64,000 bases of DNA from Sphaerodactylus townsendi (GCF_021028975.2 NC_059433.1:58218001-58282000); one strand, 5' to 3'; positions 12,756 through 26,181 are shown, numbered from the stretch's first letter. Notes: generated by a model not told the origin, from the letters alone. Made by a program: numbers and translations.

Positions 12756-14767
12756 GAGAGATATTCACATTCAGGTGGAACCAACTGGAGATAGTGGTAA
12801 TACCAGTGATGTGCACCTAGAAAAATCAGTTTTTTGTTTGGATGTAGATATCAGGGAGCTGGAAAATGTTGGTATTCCGGTTATTCAGGTTCCAAACACC
12901 AGTCTCTAGTCTAAGCAGAGATCTTAATGGTATATTGTTCGTTCTGCATGATTACTCTTCTTAAGCTTTCATAGAATACTATATTGCCCTTGAAAAGGTG
13001 GTTGAAATAAATGTACTTGCTGTTGTCTGTCCATGAACAACATGTCTCCTGGCCACAAGAACCACATCTGATGCCTTGAGTAAGACATGGCAGGCAGAGG
13101 AGAAAGACTGGGTTTCAAATCTTTCTGTAGTTAGGGACATTCTACTTTTAATCAACAAACTGCAAGCCAGTATGTTACTTGTGCAGCATGCATTCCTGCT
13201 TTCCAGTTTGAATCCCTGGTAGATGAATAGTGAAAACAATGGTAAAGTACATTTTTGTGTTTATTATAATTCATTTCTGCTGAAGAGTGCCAGAAATGAC
13301 CCCATAATAAGAAACATCGAAAGTATCCATGAGATATTTTAATGCCATCTAAAACAAAACACAAAAGCCCTTTCAGTTCATGTGTCAAAAAGGATAATTG
13401 CCATATCTGAATACTGGAAAAGCTCCCTTTTCTAGGCAGTATTGGGTAGCAGCCTTTTTTTAATTGCTAGATCAGATTGCATAAATGGTTGCTTGAACCA
13501 TCAAGATTTGTTCTAGTGAAGACTTTATGCTTCTAGTAGCTGCGGCCTTTAAATTTGTGGCTCTTGACTTCCACATTTATCAGAGAACCTTTTAAGTGTG
13601 ATAGAAATAGAGGATCACCTTCAAATTGCATGGAATTGGACTGGATCGCAGTTGAATATTTTGGTTTAATCCAAATTGCGGCTCACAGGAGAACCCCTTA
13701 TTTGAGCAGAAATGTACTTTTGGATCCATTCCTTTGTATCATCTGATCAAATCTGTGCATTCCTAAATTAGTTTAGCTGTATATTATTGCACAAAGTATC
13801 AATTTGTAGCACTGATCTTTCACTTATTGTTCTCAAATGTCCCAAATGCAACAGAAGCATCCTCTAGCAGTGACATCGTTACAGACTGGTTCTAGCATCC
13901 ACTATCAATTAGTTCCTTCTGTGCAAGAAACTGCAGTTGTACAGGAAAATTAATTGAAGTAGAACTCAAAGGCAAATTAATTTTCAAGCTGGATTTCAGT
14001 CAAGGAATTAGTCAGACTACCCCTCTTAATGACTGCAAGAGTTAGGTCTAAACATCTTGGCGCTTTTAATTTTCTATAAGGCTTGTGTTGATTATTTCTG
14101 TTAAAGAACCTGTGGGCAGTGCAGATAAAGGAGAAATGGCCATTAAATAAGTGGAGTCCCTTTGTCTTTGCATTGGCAGACTATGTAGCAGCCATCTTGG
14201 ATCTAACCCAAGTAATGACCAAATGAGCTTCATTTAGGGAAGGTTTGACAGGTTAAGCTGGCTGAAATTAGACATCAAAAGTTGTGCCTTTTCTCAAATG
14301 CTTTTGCTGCAATTCTTGAGCATGTTTATACATTCCTCAAGTTTCTGGCGCATTTAGATATTCAAGTAGTGAATGAAAGTCGGACATAATGCGAGAGAAT
14401 GTGTAATACACCACTGGCAAATCAGTCCCTCTTCAATTTTCTTCATTCTGCAGTATGACTGTGTAAGCCAAAGGCTGGGATACCCCACTTTCCAAACCTG
14501 AGGAAGGCCTCATTTCTTACTGCGAGGAGATCAGACTTGCTATGAGACAAGCTACGCTTTCCACTCCACATTACCAGTTATCTCTGTTGGGTGGTGTTCC
14601 TACATATAAACACAGTGACAGATCCAAAATTGATTAGGCTGCCATATCTTGGAATCACTTATTTGTGAAAATTTACTGGAAGGGCAGTGCTGATAATCAG
14701 AGATCTTGTTCAGCAACCAATCATGATTGTTTGTGATTGCTCAGAACATTGACCCTATTTAAATATG

Positions 14768-15319
14768 GGCTGTTTTCACATGGCAAAATCATTCCTGCAT
14801 ACCACTGTTTTTTTAACCTGGGTCTGTTTTATCATGTGTGTGTTCACATAACTGGCTGTTTTTGAAGGAATCCAGTGAAGGCTGGGAGGAAATGCTCCAG
14901 TTTGTTCCACATGAGCGCAGGACTTCTGTGTTTACATTGGAAGCAGATCTGAGCAGGCCCAGTGCCCACATTTTGATTGAGTGTTGTTTTTGAGTGGCAG
15001 CTGCAAACAGAAAACATATCTATGAGTATGCCTGGTGTCCCATGTTCTGATTGGCTGTTGATTTTGAGTGGCAGCTTGAATGAATTTCAGGCAGGGAGAT
15101 CAGGCAGCTGGGCGGGAAAAATAAACTGTGTCTGCTCCTGATTGGTTTTCTCATGGTAGCAGAGTCACACTGGGATTTTTTTTAATAGTGATTTTTGAAA
15201 ATCCCGGGCTAAGGTAAATATCACAGGGCAACACCGGGGCATGCCCGTGGTAGCACTGGGAACCATGCAGAATGTTTTTCTTGCTCAATCCAGGATATTT
15301 TGATCATGCAGAAATGGCC
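14768..15319. mobile_element. Old Harbinger-like non-autonomous DNA transposon
   Basis: Degenerate inverted ends GGCTGTTTTCACATG / CATGCAGAAATGGCC; internal repeat of ttttgagtggcagct. Confidence 0.45.
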
Positions 15320-16280
15320 ATCTAGTATTAAACTCGAAATTGTTATATAGGGCAGTTTATTGACTGAAACCAGGAAGCCTGTCAGTCAGTTAAAGGTTCT
15401 CTATTCTCTGCTGAACTGCTGTTAGAAGAGGGAACAGCTAGCACATGAAGTCAGGACCAAAGTCTAAAAACCTTCAAGTCCTGGGAATCAAGCTTTCTTA
15501 GAAACCTATTTCTGTGCCACTGCCTGATATACAAGGAAACTTGGGACTAAATTATTTGAAGGGCCACAACCTGCCTGTCTGCTTCTGTTGTCTCAGTTTG
15601 TGCCTCTCCTGATACACCACACACACACATTCACAATATGTAGAGACAGGGTATTGTGAGCACCAGTGACAAGGACTTTTAATCCCTTCCACTCCTTGAT
15701 TTGCCTTAAGTAGAGCATTTTGAATTTAAAGCACCTAGTGAAAACATTTTTATTCTCCTAGATATTTTGTGGAAGTTTCTTTTACTTCCCCTTCTCCACT
15801 GCTTTGACCTGCTTTGATTTCCTGCAGTTTCCAATTTAAATTCTTTTACTCATTTAGCTACAGGTTGGTTTGAAGAGAGAATTTGTAGCTGGTTTGCATG
15901 CTTGATCTATCTTGAGAGGGATAACTTAGAGCACAGATGAGAACTATTTTTTTAAAATAAATAATATCAGATATACTTTCTAAGTCTGGAAATTCGTAAT
16001 TGAAGGGAGACCTCCCAATCTCTCACTGGCTGTCTCTCGTCCAATCTTCTCCATTACTTGTTGGTCTCTCTAGTTGGAATGAGACAACTCTTAGCAAGTA
16101 CTTATACCAGAACATATGAAAATGGCACAGCACTCAGATTGCCATGTACATATTCAGTTCAGGCTGACAGGAACAATAAGTATGGATCAAAAGAAGGCAC
16201 AAAGTCATCATGCAAATTCTCCTTCTAACTCAAGGATGAGTTGACCGTGTGGTGAAAATACCACAGATGGTGATGTAAAT

Positions 16281-17277
16281 CAGTGGTGAAGCTCCCACGG
16301 GGACATCCGGGGTGCTTTGTCCCGGGCGCCACTAAAAGAAGTCACGTGGGGGGCACAAAATAGCCAGACCACGCCCCCTCCTCCTTGCCTGGCGCGCCCT
16401 AATTATTTCTGTCCCCCCCCCCGAGGCTTTTTTTAAACCAAGAAAAGTCAATACTCGGCTTTTTAAAAAAGGCCTGGGAGAGGCAGAGCTAATGAGGGCG
16501 CGCCAGGCAAGGAGGAGGGCTTGGTCTGGCTATTTTGTGGCCCCCCCAAGCCCAGAATGGAGGCTGCAGCGCTCCTTTGCACCTCCCGTGCCCAGGATGG
16601 AGGCTGCAGTGCTCCTCTTGGCACTATGGGCTTGCTCTTTTTTTTAAGCTGAGAAAAAAGAGCAAGCCCATAGTGCCAAGTTTAGAGGCTGCAGCGCCCC
16701 TCTCTCCCTCTCAGAATGTCCCTCTGGGACAGAAAGGGGCACTGAAGCCTCTAAGCTCGGTGCTATGGGCTTGCTCTTTTTTTAAAATTGAGAAAGGTCC
16801 CTTTCTCAGCTTAAAAAAAAGAGCAAGCCCATAGCCCCGAGTTGAGAGGCTGCAGCATCCCCTCTGCTCTCAGAAAGTCCCTCTGGGAGAGAAAGGGGCA
16901 CTGAAGCCTCTAAGCTCAGCGCTGTCCTGCCACAGGAGCCGGCAGCCCCAAGGACCCCCTCTGCCCTACAGAGAAGAAGGCTCAGCTCCCTGCTCCATGG
17001 GGCAGAGAGGGGAATGGCGGTGGTGACCTGCTCGGTGCCACTGGCTCTCCCGCCGTGGGACCCGCTGCCCCAGCAGGGAAAACTTCCTTTGCCCCACTCC
17101 ATGGGGCAGAGGGGGGACGGCGGCCTTTACATTTTTTCACCCCCACCCGGATTCCTGTGCCACAGCCAGCTCAAAGCACCGTCATAACTGCTGGATTAGG
17201 TAAGTGGTGGCGTGCGGGGGGAGGGGCGGAAAACTCGGAGGCCGCCCCGGGTGCTGCTTTGCCCAGCTACGACTCTG
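16281..17277. mobile_element. hAT non-autonomous transposon with internal palindromes
   Basis: TIRs CAGTGGTGAAGCT / AGCTACGACTCTG; perfect 8-bp TSD ATGTAAAT (16273-80, 17278-85). Confidence 0.88.
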
Positions 17278-18451
17278 ATGTAAATCCAGGTAAAAATACA
17301 GTGTTTTCCATTATACCCAGGGGCAGACTTAAACAAAGTATTTATTATGGACAACAACCTAAGGAGGAGGGCATAGGGTACAGAACTAGTGTAACAAGTA
17401 AACTGCTACTTCATAGGGTCAAATGGTTTTTAACAGCTTGGGCTGACTATATTGCAATTCATTTTTTATGCTGCACTGAGTGCTTGAAAACAGCAAAATA
17501 CTGTTATATCTAAATAAACTGATTTTGTTCAGCAAATACCATGACGGTAAAGAACAGCATGGTAAGGAACAGCTTTCTTCTGTCTTGTGAACAGCTATTT
17601 TTCTTATGTTTTGCTCAGTCTGATTCTAAACCTCTAATTCATACCACATAACCTTTCTCTCTCTAAATCCTTGTTCTGCTCTCTCTTTTGTGGTTCCCTT
17701 GATCTTGAAGCTGTTCATTAGCACATCACAGTGAGGTTATATTAGCATTTCAGAGATGCTATGTCTGATCAGAAGGTTTTTTTTTAAAAAAAAAAGACTA
17801 GGTGTTTTCCTATGAAATTACTTTTGTCTGCCTTTTCTGTACTCATGCTTTTTATTTCCTAATTTTACACAATTGCGTTCCCTACTTAATTATTTCAAAG
17901 ACTACTTTTATCTTTAACCATCCTAGAGAATCAAAGTGTTCCTTTTTTGTTTTGTTTTTTTGGTCATCTAGTCCTAACATTCTGGTGTGCTAAACTCCAT
18001 CTGCTGGCTGGTAACATCATTTAAACTGGCTGTTAAGAAGAAACAAAATATCACTTATGGCCTTTTCAGCAACTGGTTTTTTGCACACAAAATGTTTTGC
18101 AAGGGATCTCAATGTTTTGAAAGGGATGTTTTGCAAGGGATCTCACAAGCTAGCATGTGAACTGTGTTAACCCTCCATAGTTTCTCCTGTGCACACGGAC
18201 ATCTGTCATGGTTTAGAAAGCCATTTGTATTCTGCTGAGGTGTGTGCGGTTTGTTCAGTAATTATTTAGTCCTAGGCTGTGTCCTTCTCTTCAATACAGT
18301 TAGAAACTTATATTTAAAAATATGCCTTCCCTCACCAGCACAGATGGCTGTGCTGGTAGTACTCTTATGGGCTACACATATTTTCTCTGCGGTGCCTGGC
18401 CACAGTGCAGTAACAGCAAGGCTCTGCACCAGCATATCTCTGTGATACACT

Positions 18452-18843
18452 CAGTGGTGGGATCCACAAATTTTAGTAACAGGTTCCCATGGTGGTGGGA
18501 TTCAAACTGTGGCATAGCGCCAATGGGGCTGGGTGGGGCACGACAGGGGCATGGCTGGGCATTCCGGGGGCGGGGCATTCCTGGGTGGGGCTGTGGCAAG
18601 GACGCAGCTGCTGCACCGGTCCTTGAGCGGGAAACGAATGCACGCAGGCGCAGGCTGCCACGCATGCCGGTGCACCTCCTGCTAGACTGCTTCAAGTTCT
18701 GCGCTCTACTGCTGAGAGGAGGGACGTAACTAAGGCAAAAATCACGTGGCAAAATCACCAATTAGTAACCCCCTCTCGGCACACACAAATAATTAGTAAC
18801 CTACTCTCGGGAACCTGTGAGAACCTGCTGGATCCCACCTCTG
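18452..18843. mobile_element. hAT MITE
   Basis: TIRs CAGTGGTGGGATCC / GGATCCCACCTCTG; perfect 8-bp TSD GATACACT. Confidence 0.9.
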
Positions 18844-20747
18844 GATACACTGTTGAGCAGTAGTTGGCCTGCTTCCTTGACTGCTTTCATTCACCACCAC
18901 CCCTTCCCTGGAATGTGTTGCTAATATCCTACCTTTAGTAAGTCCATGGATCATTTGGGTCATTTATGATAGCACTATTCCAGTGGATTTGTTTGCAGTT
19001 CTGGTGAGATATTCAAGGAAAGGTTTAGGACCATGATACACACCTTTGATGCCCTTACAAATACATCTCAAGAATCAATTATACCAACAGAGAACCCAGT
19101 AAAAATATAATTAGAAATTATGATAAAGAAATAAAATAACATAGTTAGAAATGCAGTTGTGAAAAGTTCTGATGCCTAAACTGTATTTCATCTATTACTA
19201 GTAGGAAAAATGATGGAAACATACATTCACTATTTAAACACTAGGCAAAGGGGAAATTTCCTCTATTGTAATAGTGACCCACTATTCAAATTTGCTTTTC
19301 TGAAATATCTTTAAATAGTAAGGAGGAGTGGGAGTATGAGGCAAATGCTGCCAGCCAAAATCCCTCTTGGCAAACTTCTCTGCAGAACTTATTGCCAGGA
19401 AAAATTAGTTTGAATACCAGGAGACTTTGTGAATGGTTTTGTTGATTCACTGTAGTTGTCTGTGCTACAAAATAGGATCACCCTTGGTGTTTGGCTGCAA
19501 TGTATAGTATTTCTTTGAATTATAAGGCTGCAGCATAGTATGGTCCAGCTCCGGGTTGAGAGAACAACAGGGGACCCACAGTCACGGCTGTAAACCCAGC
19601 ATGGGGGAATGGCATCATCTAAGTTTATAAGTTGTGACATTCTAAAGTGGTGTAAAAGATCACACTGGGTTACATATGACCTACAAAGGCAGTTTCTGAA
19701 ACTCATTAGGTAGTGTAGCCTGACAGAAAGCATTGCTTCATTGCAGCACTTGATAGTTTTCCTGCCCACTGGGAATGCACCATTAAAGCCTTCCAGCACA
19801 CATTTGAACTGGGAATACCTTTGCAGATGGATAAAACTACTAGTTTTATGACAACTTTTTTCTCCTACCTTGTGACAGACTATTTCACAAAATGTGTTTA
19901 TATGTATGTGTGTGTTGAAAACATTGTTTTGTATTTACCAAAATGAAAGTTATAGTATTCTGAGCTGTATACATTCAGTGTGTGAGAATTCAGGGCTGAA
20001 ATAACTGCATGTTCCAAAAAAGACACACAAGCTTTCATTTTTAAAAAGGCAGGGAAGTTTTAGAGTAATTTCTTCTACTTTGTAATAATGTTGTGTTTTA
20101 TGCAAATCAGTGTTTATCTTAATGTACATTTTGTGCACTTTGAAAATGGTGATACCTCTTGCCTGTACAGATTGTGTATGTTCAAAATATATTGTGGAGT
20201 TCCTCCTGTGGAGTGCTGGGGCCAAGACCATCACCCGTCCTTTCATCCCTTCCCAATAGTCTTCAGCCTGTCCTTAGTCACTGGACCCTGGATTTTCAGG
20301 CCCTATTCTCAGTAGGCCCAAGCTCCATGCTTGATCTTTCTCTTTCTCCTACTTTCACTTACTCTCTGCTTCCTTCCTTCATGCTGTCCATGTCTTTCTC
20401 TTCACTCTCTCCTGTCCACTACCAACATATCCCCTTCTCACCTCCCCCTTTTTATCCTCTTCACTCTGCTAGCTGATCCATCTATCTGTCCAGTCTGTCC
20501 CGGTCCCAGATTGGCAGGCAAACTCTTTAAATTGAGGGCGAGGGCCAGCATACAGCATCCCTTGCAGGCCACACCTCATCCTTCCTGGCCAGGACACCAG
20601 AATCTTCCTGGCTTGATCCTTTAAGGCCAAAGCCCATGAGCCGCCTGGGCCATGCCAAGCAGGGGGGGTTGCGGCTTGTACTGGGTGTCAGAATTGGCAC
20701 CAACAAGCCCTATGCTGCTGGGCCTTGCCCAAAAACTACTAAATAGT

Positions 20748-20814
20748 AGCCACACAACCCAGAAAACCCATAACAGCTGATTGATTCCAGCTGTAAAAGC
20801 CTTTGACAGTACAT
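20748..20814 (+). mobile_element. Short terminal fragment of the same Penelope-like family
   Basis: gccacacaacccagaaaaccca matches the end of the 29778-29903 copy. Confidence 0.55.
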
Positions 20815-23677
20815 GACTTCATCATGACCTTGTACCATAACCTTCAGGAGACAGGAGAAGAGGCCACTGGCAGTTCGTTCCTCTCTATCAGCATCACCAC
20901 TGAATCAGGCAGGAACTTTAACCAAAAACTGACATAGACATGTAAATGGGTCTGGTTGGACCATATAATTCATGTGTGTTTAGCTCTTTGTCTCGATCGT
21001 TCATTATATGAGTATGTAAAAATCAAATAGTTTTTAATGACAAATGTGTGATGCTTATAAAGGTTAATATAACATGTGCAGTGACAGAATTTTGTGCACA
21101 GGTCCATATAATCACATCTGCATATTGCATGGGTAGCTGATTCTGCATGAATGTTTTTGGAAGGCAACCCGCAGGTATTGATCAGAGGGGGTGGTCCAGT
21201 AATTCACTGGAATACAGGATAATTCTGTACCAAGAGGCAATGATAAAACACAGTTTGCTTGGTTAACCTCCTCCAAGTGGAAATTAATCAAGGGAGCAAT
21301 AAAGACAGAGGAAGATATCTGGCTGCCTAGATACTTGAAGTAGAAATTGAGGAGGTTTCTGAGTTTGTTAGACTCTGTGACCTGCATTGATCCAGGAATG
21401 AGTTTTCAACCCTACCTGACTCACTGCTTGTTTGCAATGGTTTCTTCTAGTCTTATAAATGTTCAGGGACCTTAAAAGATCCCAGAACAGCTTTCTTTGA
21501 AGAAGGCTGGCCCATAACTTCCTGTTGCTGTGGTATTGAGAGTATAACTAGTTTTAAATTCTTCTCGTAGCTGTATAAAACCAAGTTTTATAAAATACCT
21601 AGATGAATGCAGATCATCATTAGACTTGCATCCACCAAAGCTAAACCTCTGGGATTTAAACTTTTTTCTATTGAGGAGGTTCTGAAGTGACACTTTTTGA
21701 GTAGTTATGAATTTTAATCTTCCAGCATGAATTGTCTGGATGTTTTATTCTGTGATTTCAATTACTGCCAGAGCTTAAGTGGTTATATTTCAGGTTCTAG
21801 AGCTTGCTTTTGAAGTACATTTTTCTGCCCACTTCCCTGAAAATCCTATTTAAAGGTTTCACTAGGGAGGTTAATAAAGTCAGCCTGGTGAATGTGGAGA
21901 GAAATTCTACTGTTCACAGATCATTAGGTCATAGAACATTTACTTTAAAAACTTGAACTGATTGTGCCTTGGATTTTCTTTGTTGGTGATTCCCACCTTT
22001 GGCATACTAAGAAATATTGGTAAAAATTCAATATCACTTCAAAGTTAGCTGAGTATTTGTTTTCTGCAATCCTTTCTGACATGCCTGTAAATTAATGATC
22101 TTTGATGTAATATAGTATTAATTCAGTAATTAAATGCTAGTGCTAGTGACCTTGAATATATCTTAAGCTAAGAACGTTGGGGTCTAAAAAGAGAAAGCAG
22201 CTGATCAAGTCAAGTCATTTGGATTGTATGGGCAGACCCTCCTGTCTTACAAAAGAATTTTTACCAAAAATATGTGGACAGTCTTCATCTATGGGTAGGA
22301 TATGAGAGAAGATAAATCTGCTTTTGACTGATGTGCATAAAAGTTGAAGGCTTCCTCAAGTGGCACATGGTACTACCTTTCTCAGTGTGGTGACCTGCCG
22401 GTTTGGAACTTTGGGAGTTAAAGCATTTTCACCACCACCACAAATGCTGCATCCCATCATTAAAAATGGTCTCCATATTGTGCTTGTGTTGATTGTCTTG
22501 TTCTTAGTCTTATTCTATTAATAGATAAACTAACTGGCACTAGAAAGTGAGGAGGCTTTTCCTCTGTCTCTAAGGAATTTAGGCCAACAAGCCTTTTAGG
22601 TCAGCAAATTAGATAAGAGCAGAGAGCAAGCAGATCAAGTGGGTTCAGGCTCAGCTCTCAGTGAATCTGTATTTGGGCTACATCACTTGATACTGCAGAT
22701 GTAAGACCACATACTGAAAAATAAATCTCATGCGCATGGAAAACATGCATGTTAAAGAAATAGGTACAAATCTTTGCCCCTGACATTTAATTTTCTACAG
22801 GTAAGACTCTTTGTCCCTGACATTTTCTGTGTGGATGAAATTGTTTTTAGGAAGAAACACTCCTCAGATTTTTTTTTTTTTACCATTCATGAAACGACCA
22901 GGTATAGCTGAGGTCTTCATGGCTTTTATGACAACACTAGGGAGATTGACCAAGAGAAGTGTGGTTAAAGGAAGTAAAGTAGGCAAGAGCTAAAAAGCAG
23001 ACATGATGAAATAGTGAGTTTTGGGGAGGTTGGGAGAACCCTGGAGCTGAAAATAGAAAAAACTAAGTGAGGCAGAACTTCACACAGTAATCTAGAACAA
23101 GAGGACATGGGTCATTGATGGAATACCTTTAAAAGTGTCCTAGAATGAGAGTTCTGCCAGTGGTTTCTTCTATCACTGCAGCTACTGTAGAAAGGTGAAG
23201 CAAGAGCCAAGAAGCAGTGTTTTGTGGGGTAGGATACAATTTCACATTTGTGATTTGAACTGCCATGCTAGTTCTTTAGCTGCTGTTGACTGTTAACTGC
23301 ATTAATGAATGTATCGTAGGCATAACATAAAGGAGAAAGTGTCTTTCATGTCTTATCCTTTTTACTGCTAAGCAGCAGGTATATATGCCTGCCACACTAG
23401 GGAAAGCTCATTAAGTTAATTGGGTCAACATGACTATCCACAGAATGCCTATCATATTAAAAATCACTGTCTCTGCTAAAGAGCTTAGGGCAATGTTGGG
23501 CTGAGTCCACCAGACCATGAAATACAACTTGTAGTTTGATTAAAAGCCTGTAACTTCATTGTAAGTTTCTAGGTTAGTAGATTGTCAGGCACAAAATAAA
23601 TATAGGTTCAGGGAATTTTGCTGTAAGCTATAAAATTAGACTTAACATGAGTAATGCATTGCAATAAATTATAGACA

Positions 23678-24015
23678 GTAGTCACGTTGGTTTGTAGTAG
23701 AACAGCTCAGTGGTGGGATTCAAATCATTTAACAACCGGTTTCGGTGGTGGGATTCAAATCATTTAACAACTGGTTGTTTACAAGCACCATTTTAACAAC
23801 CGGTTCTGCTGAAGTGGTGCGAATCTGCTGAATTCCACCACTGGAACAGCTAAATTTGCATCCAGTAGCACTTTAAGAGACCAACCAGATTGTTGGGGTA
23901 TGAGCTTTTGAGAGAATAAGTACTCTTCAGACAAAGTGAGCTTTGACTGCCAAATGCTTATTCCCTGAAAATCTTTTTGGTCTCTAATGTGCTACTGGAC
24001 TCTAATATAGCTCTT
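23678..24015. mobile_element. Inverted (fold-back) Penelope/Neptune-like pLTR repeat
   Basis: Arms TCCAGTAGCACTTTAAGAGACCAA / TTGGTCTCTAATGTGCTACTGGA; related copies at about 42825-42951 and 63340-63565. Confidence 0.6.
23708..23843. mobile_element. hAT MITE nested in a Penelope-like palindromic repeat
   Basis: TIRs CAGTGGTGGGATTCA / TGAATTCCACCACTG; perfect 8-bp TSD GAACAGCT (23700-07, 23844-51). Confidence 0.9.
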
Positions 24016-24569
24016 ACATTGCAATAAAATACAGTTTTCAAACACTGCTGTTGTCAGCAATACATTAGTATTACTAATCCGTTGGGGATTTTAAACTGAA
24101 GTGCCCAACTGCTAAAGGTTTTTAAACAAAAAACCTAGTAGCAAATAGTACCCACCAAGCCTTTTCAAATCAAGAAAATGGCAAGGAGGCCATAAATCTC
24201 TATGTGCTGTCCTGATCTATCTCCATTTTGCTGTCCTGAATTGAGTCCCAACTTCTCTGGGACCTGAATTCCAACTGTGAATTCACAGTGTATATCTGAT
24301 TGCAAGTCCTTGTGGAAAAACCAGACGCAACCTGAGAACTTTGTAACATGTGGTTAGGTCCCATCAGGCAATGCTTATGACATGAGCACTGTTATTCTAG
24401 TATAAAAGATATTTAGAAGGTACCCATGCAACTGTACAATCATATCTCATACAGCATGATAGTAATGAATATATTATAGGAAAAAAGGGCTGCATTTCCT
24501 AAATAATAGAAAATTGTACAATACGTATTCTCTCAAGAGGTCTTTGCCATGTCCCTAAATTCAGACATC

Positions 24570-25090
24570 AGAGTACTTTTATTGGCATTTGTACAAAAGA
24601 AAGCCAGTAAACAAATAAAAATATAATAGTACCTCAACTGGTACATTTTAAAAATTAAAATCTGCTTGCGGAACCAGTCGTTGAAGAGTGGTTGACTTTA
24701 TCACACTTGATTGCAAGTTGGATCATAATTTCTGCTAAAAATTTAGCTACGAAATCTGTTGTTAATGGGTCTTTATCACTGAAGAGTATAGTCTGAGCCA
24801 ATATAGCATAGAGAGTGTCCATAATTTTGCCTATACTGACATCAGTCTCTATGCGCAATGCAGCATTTAAAATGTTATTTGGGAGCTGTAGGATAGACCT
24901 CAGAAATTTGGATTGGGGACATTCAAGATTGCAGAGGGAGCCGGTTATAGTGAGTGGTGTACCATAAGACAGTTTTGCCAATAATTTAGCCTTGAATAGT
25001 TTGATGGCAGCTGGGATGTGACGACCACCTCTATTCCAATAATAATTTCTAATGGCGCCAGAACTTTTAGACGCATTTGCAATAACACAT
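24570..25090 (-). mobile_element. Non-LTR retrotransposon ORF2 remnant (internally deleted) with 3' end
   Basis: KLFKAKLLAKLSYG..QSKFLRSILQLP post-RT region joined to a C-terminal LFSD...VAKF segment, then AATAAA. Confidence 0.65.
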
Positions 25091-25094
25091 TTAG

Positions 25095-25505
25095 TATGAG
25101 CCATTCTGAACATATACTATTTGAATGCTCATATTATGATGAGATACGTTGGATGCTTCTTCCCCATTACCAGGCAAACTCCTTTTTGTCTAAGAAAGAA
25201 AAGATTAAAATACTGCTATCAGATACAAATAAACATCTAACACATTCTGTTGCCAAGTTTGCCTGGATATCTAGTAAAATCAGGAAGGCCCGACAGAGTG
25301 CCACCAGCTCTGCCAGCTAATTCATATTTATTATTAGCTGGACACTCTACTCATTTATTTGGTGCTTATGTCTTGACTTTTCTGACGCCTATTATCTGCA
25401 CTTTGTTATCTGTTTTAATCTGTATTTTTGTAATTTCAGAAATTTTTGTGATTTTAATCCTTTTGTACCTTGCTGGTCAATGACTGTAAATAAATCGATC
25501 TGATC
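25095..25505 (+). mobile_element. Non-LTR retrotransposon 3' end (zinc-knuckle remnant EHILFEC)
   Basis: EHILFECSYYDEIR...LLSD...VAKF, T-rich UTR, AATAAA and a short-repeat tail. Confidence 0.65.
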
Positions 25506-25749
25506 GCTGAAGAGGATTTTTATTAATTTGGCGTTCATATTAAATGTTATTCCAAAGTCAAGCATTGCCAGGCAAATTGTTTACAATTAATTAATAAATG
25601 GCATAGAGAATCTGGAATGACACAACCTAAGAAACATAGTCTCTACTGGAATGGAATCTGTTTATATTTTTCATAAGTGACTTTTGATGGGAAGACATTT
25701 AAACATGCCAGCTTGAATGCCCAGGGGATAGTTGGAGACTCTGGAGAAG

Positions 25750-26010
25750 CTAAATAAGACGTTGATTTCTTATATAGGTAGGAAAGACCAAAAAGGTGGG
25801 GTGCATCATTCCTGGAAAAATTTGCCTTGCATGGTCTTCTAATCTTTCAACAATTAGTCTCAAGATAGACTTTTCTTCTCGATCAACTAGGGAATTTATG
25901 TCCAAACCTAACTGAATAAGTTTCTTTAGAACAAATTCATGCCATTTAGCATGTAGAACATGAGGCTTGGAGCTTGGGAGCAAAAGTGAGTCCTGAACCC
26001 TCGTCTCTAA
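25750..26010 (-). mobile_element. LINE ORF2 fragment
   Basis: SKWH-like WHEFVLKKLIQLGL...IVERLED segment, of the same type as the neighbouring LINE remnants. Confidence 0.45.
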
Positions 26011-26181
26011 TCTCTGTTGGCCAAGTTCAGAGCAGATTACGGTATTTGTTATGCTGTTGGTTGGCACATGGCAAATCTCTGAAGAAAGACTGTTCCAGAG
26101 CCTGAGCACACTTGGTCAGAACAATTTAATATTTCCTGGGTTTGTGAAGTAACACTTTATTTTTTCCTTATGTTCCTACAG

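Noticed and set aside
1-26100. Upstream NKAIN3 exons
   Set aside because: No NKAIN-like peptide (e.g. HRSWW) was seen; the region is presumed to be one long intron, with earlier exons outside the window.
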